Origin: Actinomycetota bacterium | Lineage (GTDB): Bacteria > Actinomycetota > Actinomycetes > Nanopelagicales > Nanopelagicaceae | DNA: 64,000 nt | Direction: 5' to 3' | Assembly: GCA_009698815.1 (NCBI GenBank) | Contig: WLPJ01000006.1 | Span: 55,081 to 119,080 of the forward strand | Shown: piece after piece, positions 8,653-18,229 of the stretch | Layout: every line of letters starts with the position of its first letter | Numbering within the stretch: the stretch's first letter is position 1 | The notes under the pieces: generated by a model | The model's input: the letters and a program-made list of their open reading frames with translations, nothing else | The model's database searches: none | Told to the model about the DNA's origin: nothing | Position numbers and translations under genes: made by a program

Positions 8653-10293
8653 ATGGAATCTGTGCGCACCCTAGAAGGCATTGGCGTAGGCAATCGCGCA
8701 GTGCGCGCTGAAGTGCTGCGTTGGTCAGCACGCAAATCACTTCCTGCAATGGCAAAGAGTTCACTGGGTGTTGAAGTTGAAGTTAATGCGTTAAGCATGG
8801 CAATTGCTAATTTAGAAAATCAATACGCGGCCAAGATTAAAGCTGCAGACAATCGAGAACTACAGGAGATTTTAGAAGCCCAATGTGCTTTTGCAACCGA
8901 TCCTGAGCTTGCGGATATGGCAAAAGATTTCTGCGAGCAAGGTTGGGATGCGTCATCTGGGCTGCAACTTGCGATGAGTGAATTTAAATCACTGCTCGAA
9001 GGCGCCGGTGGCGAATTTAGCGAAAGAGTTGCCGATCTTGATGAGATTGTCTATCGCTTAATTCAATGGATGAGTGGCGAAAGTGATGAAACGGTATTAC
9101 CGACGAGCGGCAAGTTTATTATCGTCGCCGATGATTTAACTCCGATGGACACTATTGCCTTTAACGATGTAGTTGTCGGAGTAGTTACCAAAGGTGGGGG
9201 ACCAACTTCTCACACCGCAATAGTCTGCAGATCTCGCGGCATTCCTGCAGTTGTCGCATGTGCCGGAGCTGACGAGTTAGTAAATGGGCAAATGGTGGTT
9301 ATTGACCCAGATGCATCACAGGTAATTATTAATGGTGTGCTGGAAGACTCCACTGGTGATTGGTGGGCGGGTCGTTCAAGCCATGGTGCGCCGGTTATTC
9401 AAGTAATGGCCAATGTCGGTTCTGTTGCAGATGCTACGAAAGTTCAAGGTGCAGATGGCGTTGGTTTGTTAAGAACTGAATTATTTTTCTTAGATCATAA
9501 AATTGCCCCGACGCGTGCGCAACAAGTGAAGATATACGAACAAGTATTAGCCGCTGGCCCTGATGGCGAAATAATTGTCCGAACTTTGGATGCCGGAAGT
9601 GATAAGCCGATTGCATTCTTAGGTCTTGGCCGTGAAGAAAATCCGGCACTCGGTGTGCGCGGACAGCGCGTGGCAGCGATTTCTCCACAGTTTTTTGAGG
9701 ATCAGTTGCATGCAATTAAGGCAGCCGCTGACTCCGTCCGAGCAACTGGTAAGAAGATTGAAGTTTCAGTGATGGCGCCAATGATTGCCACAGTTGAAGA
9801 AGCGGAGCAATTTTCTAAAGCGGCCCGCGCAGCGGGCTTTACGCGAGTTGGCATCATGATTGAAATTCCGGCAATAACTCAAGTAATTGCACAGCTAAAG
9901 GGCGTTGTTGATTTCTTGAGCATTGGAACAAATGATCTTTCGCAGTATCTATTCGCAGCAGATCGCGTTAACTCAGGGGTCGCCGCGCTTTTAAACCCTT
10001 GGCAACCAGCACTACTTTCACTGTTGCAATCAATTGCAATCGATAGCGCAAAAGTTGGCATTAAAGTTGGAGTCTGCGGCGAAGCGGCATCTGATCCTTT
10101 GTTGGCAGTTGTCATGGCAGGCCTTGGGATTAATTCTGTAAGCGCATCGCCTAGTTCGGTGGCTGCGGTCCTAGATCTGTTATCGCGCGTCGATGCATCG
10201 GCTGCACGGGAAGCAGCCAATAGTGCGCGTAGTGCGAACACTCCCCGAGATGCAAAAGCGGCAGCGAAGGCTGCTCTAATTGAATTCCTCTAG
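8653..10293 (+). CDS. ptsI: PTS enzyme I (PEP-protein phosphotransferase)
   Basis: GGPTSHTAI active site; GVGLLRTE, RTLDAGSDK, NPALGVRG, IMIEIP, SIGTNDLSQY, GVCGE. Confidence 0.93.
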   Translation: MESVRTLEGIGVGNRAVRAEVLRWSARKSLPAMAKSSLGVEVEVNALSMAIANLENQYAAKIKAADNRELQEILEAQCAFATDPELADMAKDFCEQGWDASSGLQLAMSEFKSLLEGAGGEFSERVADLDEIVYRLIQWMSGESDETVLPTSGKFIIVADDLTPMDTIAFNDVVVGVVTKGGGPTSHTAIVCRSRGIPAVVACAGADELVNGQMVVIDPDASQVIINGVLEDSTGDWWAGRSSHGAPVIQVMANVGSVADATKVQGADGVGLLRTELFFLDHKIAPTRAQQVKIYEQVLAAGPDGEIIVRTLDAGSDKPIAFLGLGREENPALGVRGQRVAAISPQFFEDQLHAIKAAADSVRATGKKIEVSVMAPMIATVEEAEQFSKAARAAGFTRVGIMIEIPAITQVIAQLKGVVDFLSIGTNDLSQYLFAADRVNSGVAALLNPWQPALLSLLQSIAIDSAKVGIKVGVCGEAASDPLLAVVMAGLGINSVSASPSSVAAVLDLLSRVDASAAREAANSARSANTPRDAKAAAKAALIEFL

Positions 10294-10339
10294 AAAAGTT
10301 AACCAATCAATTTGAGAGCGGAGTCGTATCATGGGTCCT

Positions 10340-10645
10340 ATGCCTAACTTTATTCAATCGCCGATAAACACTTTGGGTCGCTACTTTGATTACAAAGGCA
10401 AAGCAACTCGCTCCGAGTTCTGGCTCTTCATTCTCTTCACCTGGCTAACTTCGTTTGGCGTGGGACTAATTGATGCGCTAATACCGGGTGATTACTTAGG
10501 CTCGATCTGGAATCTCTTGCTTTTCATTCCAACTATTACCTGCGCAATTCGGCGCATGCACGATGTAGACCACCGCGGTTGGTACTTATTAATTCCAATC
10601 TATAACATTATTATGTTGATTTTTCCGTCCCGCCCCGCCAAATAA
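10340..10645 (+). CDS. DUF805 family membrane protein
   Basis: YFDYKGKATRSEFW...RRMHDVDHRGW. Start probably ATG 10340, 7 nt after TATCAT (the track gives 10331). Confidence 0.9.
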   Translation: MPNFIQSPINTLGRYFDYKGKATRSEFWLFILFTWLTSFGVGLIDALIPGDYLGSIWNLLLFIPTITCAIRRMHDVDHRGWYLLIPIYNIIMLIFPSRPAK

Positions 10646-10780
10646 AACCAAAAGCAAGAAAATTACGCTCAGAGACCGGAGGCTATATATCTAATGTTTC
10701 TAGATTGGACATGCAAAGTTCAGGGTTCAGGCTTAGCATTTAGCAACTCGTAAGAAATCCACAGACCAAGTGGAGCAATC

Positions 10781-11155
10781 ATGGATGAAAAAGGTTTATT
10801 AGAGCTTTGGAACACAAAGCGCACACAGATTATCAATGCTCAAATCGCACCAACACTGTTGCTAATTGGCGTTTTTGTATTGGCAGCTTATGGAAAATTT
10901 GAGAGCGCATCAGATGGCGCCAAGTACCTAACTGTTGGCGTTGCCGCAGCCACCGGAATCCTGGCGATTATTTCTCAATACGCAGCCGTTCGTGAGGCTG
11001 AAGCCCTGCTTGTAGATCTGAAGAAAATTGAGAAGCCTTCGGCGCTTGCAACTAAAATTGCAGATTCACGGGGACTTCTATCATTGTCAGCAATTGCAAT
11101 GGTTGGACTAGGAACCGGCGTATTCGCACTAGTTGTATGGGCAGTACTCGGTTAA
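10781..11155 (+). CDS. Hypothetical membrane protein (about 3 TM)
   Basis: 124-aa ORF with a GGAG RBS and hydrophobic segments. Confidence 0.7.
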   Translation: MDEKGLLELWNTKRTQIINAQIAPTLLLIGVFVLAAYGKFESASDGAKYLTVGVAAATGILAIISQYAAVREAEALLVDLKKIEKPSALATKIADSRGLLSLSAIAMVGLGTGVFALVVWAVLG

Positions 11156-11159
11156 TTCG

Positions 11160-11282
11160 TTGGATAAATTTCTGATTCTGGCAGCCTTCATCGTCATTCT
11201 TTCGGTGGCGTTGATTGTCTACGACCGCCCGGCTAAAAAGAAACAGAAAATTACTGGACGCGGCGGAGACTTCGAGTCCTAA
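11160..11282 (+). CDS. Small single-TM protein (40 aa)
   Basis: Read by hand: MDKFLILAAFIVILSVALIVYDRPAKKKQKITGRGGDFES, TTG start; fills the gap between co-oriented genes. Confidence 0.55.
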   Translation: MDKFLILAAFIVILSVALIVYDRPAKKKQKITGRGGDFES

Positions 11283-11305
11283 CCAATCAACGTTGTAATT
11301 AACTT

Positions 11306-11695
11306 ATGCGCTATCTAAAAAATGCCACGCAACTTCTCTTAGGTGCTGCCCTTGTCTATGCCGGTATCGGCCATTTGACGACAAACCGTTTGGAATTTCG
11401 GGCACAAGTTCCAACCTCGCTTAAAGATTATGCCGACTTCGTTGTCATCGCATCTGGCATTGTCGAAATCGCACTGGGCTTATCTCTTGCTCTGCTTTGG
11501 AAATATCGCACCCAAGTTGGCTGGCTTACCGCCGCATTCTTCATCGCAATTTTTCCCGGCAACATCTCGCAATATGTAAACCACATCGATGCTTTCGGCC
11601 TGGACAGCGATCGAGCCCGCGCAATTCGCCTGCTCTTTCAACCGCTCTTAGTTATCTGGGTGCTCTGGTCGACCGGTGCTTGGAAAAGGCGATGA
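11306..11695 (+). CDS. DoxX-like membrane protein
   Basis: AGIGHL, SGIVEIALG, AIFPGNISQY, RLLFQPLLVIW. Confidence 0.8.
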   Translation: MRYLKNATQLLLGAALVYAGIGHLTTNRLEFRAQVPTSLKDYADFVVIASGIVEIALGLSLALLWKYRTQVGWLTAAFFIAIFPGNISQYVNHIDAFGLDSDRARAIRLLFQPLLVIWVLWSTGAWKRR

Positions 11696-13093
11696 CTATT
11701 TGGGTTGGAATTCTTTTCGTTTAATAGATTCTGCAATTAGTTTTCGTCCTTCTTCAAGGTTTGCAATCCAGCCAGCGCTGATCATCTGAATAATTAGATT
11801 ACCCATCACGGTTGCCTCAGCTGGTCCAGCAATCACGGGAAGACCTGTTACATCCGCAGTTAATTGATTTAGAAGATCATTTGACGATCCACCGCCAATA
11901 ATGTTTATTTCTTTTACTTTAACGTTAGCGGCATCTTCTAGTTCGCGAAGTGATTGCGCATAAGCGTCGGACAAACTGTCAAAGATACAGCGAGCAAATT
12001 CGGCGGGTGTATCAGGAACTTTTTGGTTAGTTTCTCGGCAATACGCAGCGATACGTTCCGGCATCGCACCAGGCTTGGCAAAGCGTGGATCGTTTGTGTT
12101 TATGATTTGTTCACGAGGAAGCTGGCGAGCGTCTTGGGTCAAATCTGCAGCGGTCAAAGTAAGACCTTGAGAGTTCCAATAGCGAAGAGATTCTTCGAGC
12201 AACCACATCCCTGATACATTTTTAATGAACCGGATGCGATCTGCCACGCCCGCTTCGTTGGTGATGTTGTATGAAAGCGCTTTCGCGTTAGTGATTGGCT
12301 TATCAAGCTCAAGACCAATTAGCGACCAAGTACCACTTGAAATATAGGCCGAATCTTTCGAAGAGAGAAGCGGTACTCCAGCAACTGCAGATGCTGTGTC
12401 ATGAGAACCAACTGCAACGACAGAGAGGCCATCTAGTTTGCCATGGCCTTTGATGTTGCCAATTTTTATCCCCGGCTTATGCAATGCAGGGAAGATAGAC
12501 CTGGGTATCTCAAGTTTGTCGATGAGTTCCCAATCCCATTCTTGCGAGTGAGCATTTAAGAGTTGTGTAGATGATGCGTTGGTAATGTCGTTGCTCTGCA
12601 CTCCAGAGAGAGCGTAGTTAAGTAAATCTGGGAGCATTAAGAAAGTAGCCGCGCCTTTGAGCGCCGCCGTATTTCGCGCAGCGTGCAGTTGGTAGGCGGT
12701 ATTAAAGAAGATAAATTGAATTCCGGTTCTCTGATAAATCCACTCTGCACCAAGTGAGTCTGAGATTGATTGCATCAAACCATCGGTTCGTGAATCTCGA
12801 TAGCAATAAGGTTCTTCGATTAGATTTCCCTGAGCGTCCAGTAATCCGTAGTCAACTGCCCAGGTATCAATACCGATAGAGATGATTTCACCAAACTCTT
12901 GCGCCTTTAATAAACCGGTCTTAACCTCATCGACAATCTTGGCCCATTCCCAGCGCAGCCCGCCATCTTCAGAAGCTTTCGCTTCGTGTTTAAAGCGATG
13001 GACTTCTTGAATCACGAGAGATCCTGAATCAAGAGACCCCACAGCTATGCGTCCGCTGGAGGCGCCAAGATCTATCGCTGCACAGAACTTCAT
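11696..13093 (-). CDS. rhaB: Rhamnulokinase
   Basis: AIDLGASSGR, GIDTWAVDYGLLD, CYRDSRT, SHDTASAV, SSGTWSL, GGGSSN, GPAEAT; lies in the rha cluster. Confidence 0.92.
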   Translation of the reverse strand: MKFCAAIDLGASSGRIAVGSLDSGSLVIQEVHRFKHEAKASEDGGLRWEWAKIVDEVKTGLLKAQEFGEIISIGIDTWAVDYGLLDAQGNLIEEPYCYRDSRTDGLMQSISDSLGAEWIYQRTGIQFIFFNTAYQLHAARNTAALKGAATFLMLPDLLNYALSGVQSNDITNASSTQLLNAHSQEWDWELIDKLEIPRSIFPALHKPGIKIGNIKGHGKLDGLSVVAVGSHDTASAVAGVPLLSSKDSAYISSGTWSLIGLELDKPITNAKALSYNITNEAGVADRIRFIKNVSGMWLLEESLRYWNSQGLTLTAADLTQDARQLPREQIINTNDPRFAKPGAMPERIAAYCRETNQKVPDTPAEFARCIFDSLSDAYAQSLRELEDAANVKVKEINIIGGGSSNDLLNQLTADVTGLPVIAGPAEATVMGNLIIQMISAGWIANLEEGRKLIAESIKRKEFQPK

Positions 13094-13099
13094 AATGGT

Positions 13100-15139
13100 T
13101 TATCGCAAGAAGGCTGCAGATACTCCACCATCGACAGGTATATGTAGTCCAGTTGTGAGAGATAGTTCTCCGCTAAGCAGAACAAATACTGCCGCTGCGA
13201 TATGTTCTGGCAAAACTTCCTTTTTTAAAATTGTTCGTTGGGCGTAGAACTCACCGAGTTTAGATTCCTCAACGCCATAGACGGCAGCGCGATTTGCTCC
13301 CCATCCCGATGAGAAGATTCCTGAACCCTTTACAACGCCATCAGGATTAATGCCATTAACGCGGATTCCATGTTCTCCAAGTTCTGCCGCTAATAGCCGA
13401 ACTTGATGCGCCTGATCCGCTTTCGTTGATCCATAACCAATGTTATTTGGACCGGCAAATACGGAATTCTTAGAGGAAATATAGACAATATCTCCACCTA
13501 AATGTTGTGCGATCATAACCTTGGTCGCTTCACGCGATACTAAGAAAGATCCGCGGGCCATGATGTCGTGTTGCAAATCCCAATCTTGGACAGTTGTCTC
13601 GACTAAAGATTTACTGATTGATATACCAGCGTTATTGATAACGATATCCACGCCACCGAAAGCTAAGTTGGTAGCTTTAATTGCCTCGGCAATCGCACCT
13701 TCATCAGTGACATCCATTGCGATACCAATCGCTTTATCCGAATTGCCAATTTCGATTGCAACAGCAACAGCTCCATCTTTATCGCGGTCTGCAACGACAA
13801 CACACGCACCCTCTGCTGCTAGGCGCAGGGCAGTTGCCTTACCAAGACCCGAAGCAGCGCCTGTGATAAGTGCAATTCGACTAGCAAGTGGCTTGGGTTT
13901 AGGTGCGCGCTTTAGCTTGGCATCTTCTAAATCCCAATACTCAATGCGGAATTTTTCAGACTCGACAATAGGTGCATAAGTTGAGAGAGCTTCGGCTCCG
14001 CGCATAACGTTAATGGCGTTGATATAGAACTCGCTAGAAACGCGAGCGGTCTGCTTATCTTTTCCAAATGAAAACATTCCGATTCCGGGCACGAGAATAA
14101 TTGTTGGGTCAGCCCCACGCATTGCGGGGGAGTCCTTTGATGCATGACGTGCGTAGTAAGCGGCGTAATTTTCGCGATACTTGTCATGAAGTTCGGCAAC
14201 ACGTTTGAGAACTTCTTCAAGTGGCGCATCAGGTGCTGTATCTAGAACCATTGGAGAAATCTTCGTGCGCAAAAAGTGATCTGGACAAGAAGTACCAAGG
14301 GTGGCTAACCGAAAGAGTTCAGCGCCCTGCGTGAAATCAAGAACTACATCTGAGTCTGTAAAGTGGCCGACCATACGCAAATCACGTGAAGCCACAGCGC
14401 GCAGATGAGGGGCAAGTTCAGCGGCGCGCAAGATACGTGATGCCGAATCCAGCGGCTTGTATTTTTCAACAACCGATCCAAACGGGTTTTTCTTACCCTT
14501 TGACTTAATAAATTCTTCAGCTTTGGTGATCGCTGCAATAGAGCGCTCTTCACACTCTTTACTTGTTGCACCCCATGTTGTGAGGCCATGTCCTCCTAGA
14601 ACGCAACCCTTTGCCTTTGGGTTTTCGGAGGCAATCTTTTCCATATCTAGTCCAAGTTGAAATCCCGGACGGCGCCAATTAACCCAGAGAATCTCATCGC
14701 CAAAACATTCACGTGTTAATTTCTCACCATCTGCAGAAGTTGCAAGTGCGATTATCGAATCTGGGTGCAGATGATCTACATGATCAAATGGAATGAGCGC
14801 ATGCACTGTTGTATCGATACTAGGAGCTGCTTTGGATGTGCCGAATAGACAGTAATCGAAAAGCGCGACCATCTCATCTTCATGCTCGACACCGCGATAA
14901 ACGCTCTTAAGTGCTTTAAATTTCTCTAGCTCTAGAGCAGCTAAGCCAGATTCAGTCATTGTGCCGAGATCGCCACCAGAACCCTTAACCCAGAGCACTG
15001 TTGTCTCTTCACCTGTTGCGGGATTGGTAATGAAACCCTTCGCTGACGTATTACCGCCGGCGTAATTAGTAAATTTTGGGTTTGAACCTAGAAAGTTACT
15101 GCGTTCGAGAAGTTCTTTTACAACTTTGGGTACTGTCAT
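13100..15139 (-). CDS. Bifunctional rhamnulose-1-phosphate aldolase / short-chain dehydrogenase (RhaEW type)
   Basis: NYAGGNTSAK, WVKGSGGDL, APSIDT, HLHPD, GTSCPDHFLRTK aldolase half plus TGAASGLG/YGSTKA SDR half. ATG 15139 overlaps the rhaI stop. Confidence 0.93.
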   Translation of the reverse strand: MTVPKVVKELLERSNFLGSNPKFTNYAGGNTSAKGFITNPATGEETTVLWVKGSGGDLGTMTESGLAALELEKFKALKSVYRGVEHEDEMVALFDYCLFGTSKAAPSIDTTVHALIPFDHVDHLHPDSIIALATSADGEKLTRECFGDEILWVNWRRPGFQLGLDMEKIASENPKAKGCVLGGHGLTTWGATSKECEERSIAAITKAEEFIKSKGKKNPFGSVVEKYKPLDSASRILRAAELAPHLRAVASRDLRMVGHFTDSDVVLDFTQGAELFRLATLGTSCPDHFLRTKISPMVLDTAPDAPLEEVLKRVAELHDKYRENYAAYYARHASKDSPAMRGADPTIILVPGIGMFSFGKDKQTARVSSEFYINAINVMRGAEALSTYAPIVESEKFRIEYWDLEDAKLKRAPKPKPLASRIALITGAASGLGKATALRLAAEGACVVVADRDKDGAVAVAIEIGNSDKAIGIAMDVTDEGAIAEAIKATNLAFGGVDIVINNAGISISKSLVETTVQDWDLQHDIMARGSFLVSREATKVMIAQHLGGDIVYISSKNSVFAGPNNIGYGSTKADQAHQVRLLAAELGEHGIRVNGINPDGVVKGSGIFSSGWGANRAAVYGVEESKLGEFYAQRTILKKEVLPEHIAAAVFVLLSGELSLTTGLHIPVDGGVSAAFLR

Positions 15140-16305
15140 TATGCGCCCCATCCCGCCTGAACACCGCCAACTCGTTCCGCTGCAATCTTTTCTGCATATC
15201 CGCTTCGAGCATATGCACTTTTGGGATCTGCTTCGACGCCCATATCGCTACGAAGTTCATCAAGAAGTGGCCGGACATCTGTGTTGTACGCATGCATCAA
15301 GATGTCATTTCCACCAAGTACATCGCCCTCTTGTTGCGCCTTCTTTAGAGCAATATGGTCGACAAGAAGAGCCTTAGCTACAGCTTCTTGCACATTGGTA
15401 ATGGAACGAATCTGTGCAGGAATTTTTGGTTCAATGTTGTGGCATTGATCAAGTACGTAAGAGACGGGAGTTCCCACATCAAAGCCACCGTTTTGATTTA
15501 CCTCGTGCATAATTCGAAAGAGTTGGAATGGATCTGCCGCACCAACAATTAAGTCATCATCGGCGTAGAAACGTGAATTAAAGTCGAATGCGCCAAGGCG
15601 TTTCTTGCGAAGCAGGAAGGCAACTATGTATTCAATGTTGGTACCTGGCGCATGGTGGCCAGTATCAACGCACACCATCGCCTTCTCGCCGAGTTCAAGG
15701 CAGTGCACATATGAAGTTCCCCAATCGGGAACATCAGTTGAATAGAAAGCTGGCTCAAAGAACTTGTATTCCAGAAGCATGCGTTGGTCTGGTCCCAGTC
15801 GGTCATAGCATTTACGAAGGGCTTCAGATAAACGATCCTGACGTGCTGCCAGATTATCCTGTCCTGGATAGTTAGTACCGTCGGCAAACCAGAGCTTTAG
15901 ATCGGTGGAGCCTGTCTTACCCATGATCTCGATGCATTCATAGAGATGGTCCAGCGCCTTCTGGCGAATCTTGGCATCGGGATGGCAGACCGAACCTAAT
16001 TTGTAATCATCATCTTGAAATGTATTTGAGTTAATTGTGCCAAGTCGCACTCCAAGCCCAGATGCGTAATCAGCGAGATGCTTGTAATCATCGACCTTAT
16101 CCCAAGGAATATGAAGAGCTACTGATGGAGCAGCACCGGTGAACTTATGAACTTGCGCCGCATCAGCAATTTTTTCGTATGGATCGCGTGGCACACCTGA
16201 TTGGGCGAATACCTTAAATCTTGTTCCAGAGTTGCCGTAAGCCCAGGATGGAGTTTCAATCCAGAAGCGCTTGAGCACATCCTTTGCCTCTTTTGGTGTT
16301 GCCAC
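15139..16305 (-). CDS. rhaI: L-rhamnose isomerase (Actinobacteria-type)
   Basis: ETPSWAYGNSGTRF, ALHIPWD, NSNTFQD, EYKFFEP, DTGHH, FNSRFYADDD, DQCHN. Confidence 0.93.
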   Translation of the reverse strand: MATPKEAKDVLKRFWIETPSWAYGNSGTRFKVFAQSGVPRDPYEKIADAAQVHKFTGAAPSVALHIPWDKVDDYKHLADYASGLGVRLGTINSNTFQDDDYKLGSVCHPDAKIRQKALDHLYECIEIMGKTGSTDLKLWFADGTNYPGQDNLAARQDRLSEALRKCYDRLGPDQRMLLEYKFFEPAFYSTDVPDWGTSYVHCLELGEKAMVCVDTGHHAPGTNIEYIVAFLLRKKRLGAFDFNSRFYADDDLIVGAADPFQLFRIMHEVNQNGGFDVGTPVSYVLDQCHNIEPKIPAQIRSITNVQEAVAKALLVDHIALKKAQQEGDVLGGNDILMHAYNTDVRPLLDELRSDMGVEADPKSAYARSGYAEKIAAERVGGVQAGWGA

Positions 16306-16341
16306 TATCTGTACTCCTTTACCTGGTTGATGAAAAAAACT

Positions 16342-16665
16342 TCACTGTAAATAAAAAACGCTTTCGAGTGTCTTAAAACCTTCATCGGCTGCCTTGCCAT
16401 CAAGTCCGGTGAAGAAAGGAGCCATATCTGCCTGCCATTTTTCATTTACTTCTAGCGCCGCCATTCCTACCTCTGCTGCTTCTAGATTTGGGGTTTCAAA
16501 GTAGCCAAAGAGTGTTCCGTCGTTGCGATCTAGAAAAAGTGAATAGTTAGTCCAGCCAGTATCGCGAAGTGCCTGCAACATGTCGGGCCAAACTTGTTCA
16601 TGGCGATGAACATATTCATCCATCATCTCTGGACGAACCTGCAAGCGAAAGCCCACTCGTTGCAT
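16342..16665 (-). CDS. rhaM: L-rhamnose mutarotase
   Basis: EYVHRHEQVWPDML...GWTNYSLFL...KWQADMAPFF. Confidence 0.9.
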   Translation of the reverse strand: MQRVGFRLQVRPEMMDEYVHRHEQVWPDMLQALRDTGWTNYSLFLDRNDGTLFGYFETPNLEAAEVGMAALEVNEKWQADMAPFFTGLDGKAADEGFKTLESVFYLQ

Positions 16666-16685
16666 TGCTAGGCACTCTCCTTTAT

Positions 16686-16762
16686 GAATACACCTTTTGT
16701 GTATTCGAGATATTTAGAATTGCTCCAGAATGAAATTGTATTTGATCGCACAGAATTGACAA
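16686..16762 (-). promoter_or_regulatory. rha operon promoter and inverted repeat
   Basis: Minus-strand TTGTCA (16762-16757), 16 nt, TACAAT (16740-16735); perfect IR GAATACAC-N5-GTGTATTC at 16686-16706. Confidence 0.45.
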
Positions 16763-16789
16763 TAGGTAGTTGTCTTTGGTTTAGCAAAA

Positions 16790-18028
16790 TCATGTGGGTT
16801 GTGAAATTGAATGAGGAGAATTAAAGAGTTCATCTTGGGCCAAAATACAGGCGCCGAAAAGCGCCGCATCTGTATCTAGGGCAGATGTACCTATTGAGAA
16901 AGAAGTAATATCTTTATTTTTTCTCTCCAAGTGATGCTTCAGCCTCGGTATGAGCAAGTCGGTGATACGCACTGCATATCCTCCTAAAATCACCATATCT
17001 GGGTCTAAAATGGGAATTAAGATTGAAAGAGTTGTCGCTAAAGATTGCGCAATAAGATCAATGCCTTTAAATACAACTTCATCGCCATTTTTTGCCCTCG
17101 TGATGATCTCACTTAGGTAGAACTCACTGTCCTTGCTCCAGTCTTTAACTAGATCAGGACAAGTGTTTTCAATCAGGACTTTAAAGCCAATTTCAGTCTC
17201 TGTGCACCCAATTTTTCCGCACTTGCACAATTTGCCATGCTCGTTAATTGAAATGTGGGCAATATTTCCCATAGATAAGTTTGCACCTAATTGTATTTCA
17301 CCATTTTGCACAACAGCGATGCCTGGAGTGATTCCCAATTCGAGATGCATCAGTAGCTTGGATGATTTATTTTCTTTTAAAAGATATTCGTATTCAGCAA
17401 ATGCGGCGAGTTTTGCGACAGTGTTTATCTCTATTGGGATACTTGGCGGCACTACATTTTTTACGTACTGCATCAACTCTAACTTTTCCCAATTAAGCGA
17501 TGAAGAAGAAACTTTCAATTCTGCATCAATAATTCCAGGAAAAACGACAATTAATTTGGCGATGCGCGATGTCTGGCGGGCGGCTGATTGAATTGCGCGT
17601 TCCAGCAATGGCGCAACTTCTATGGTGCGCTTTTCGGGTGTGAGGTTGTAGGAAGTAGTAGTTCGCTCGCGATAGAACTCTTGGCCGAGCAAATCAAATG
17701 TGATTATTGATGTATAAAAGGCGCGCAGCTCAATGACGATGATCGAAGTGGCTTTTGCATTAATTGAGAGCAGAACGCCAGGGCGACCCCGCTCTGGCTT
17801 TGACTCTTCTACGCCTTGAGTAAGAAGTCCTCGCTCGAGCAGCTCGTCAACGATGTTATTTACCCCGGGCTTGGTCATTCCAGTTGCATTGGCCAATTGC
17901 GCCCGCGAAAGTGGCCCCGAATCTCGCAAAGCTCTGAAGATGATCCCCAAGTTATGTCGGCGCAGCCCCGACTGTTCTAGGATTTGCCCATTTTTAGGGT
18001 TATTCGAGGGTGATTTGACCGCTTGCAT
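16790..18028 (-). CDS. ROK family transcriptional regulator
   Basis: LSRAQLANATGMTKPGVNNIV HTH; GNIAHISINEHGKLCKCGKIGCTET ROK Zn motif. Start likely MQAVK at 18028. Confidence 0.9.
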   Translation of the reverse strand: MQAVKSPSNNPKNGQILEQSGLRRHNLGIIFRALRDSGPLSRAQLANATGMTKPGVNNIVDELLERGLLTQGVEESKPERGRPGVLLSINAKATSIIVIELRAFYTSIITFDLLGQEFYRERTTTSYNLTPEKRTIEVAPLLERAIQSAARQTSRIAKLIVVFPGIIDAELKVSSSSLNWEKLELMQYVKNVVPPSIPIEINTVAKLAAFAEYEYLLKENKSSKLLMHLELGITPGIAVVQNGEIQLGANLSMGNIAHISINEHGKLCKCGKIGCTETEIGFKVLIENTCPDLVKDWSKDSEFYLSEIITRAKNGDEVVFKGIDLIAQSLATTLSILIPILDPDMVILGGYAVRITDLLIPRLKHHLERKNKDITSFSIGTSALDTDAALFGACILAQDELFNSPHSISQPT

Positions 18029-18094
18029 GGTCAACCTCGTTTCCTCTGGCGATCCAACTGCTGGACTTAAAAAATAGCCGCACCCTTGTGAGTC

Positions 18095-18123
18095 TTGACA
18101 CATCATTTGAGGATGGTTAGTTT
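18095..18123 (+). promoter_or_regulatory. Sigma-A type promoter of the FGE/sulfatase operon
   Basis: TTGACA 18095-18100, 17-nt spacer, TAGTTT 18118-18123. Confidence 0.55.
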
Positions 18124-18229
18124 TAGTATAGAGGCTTAACTATATAAAAGTACATGGGGGGTAACTTCCTGGATTAAGCCCCAGATATGTACGTGAATTT
18201 AGTTAACTGAGATTATCTAAGGAGGGCTC

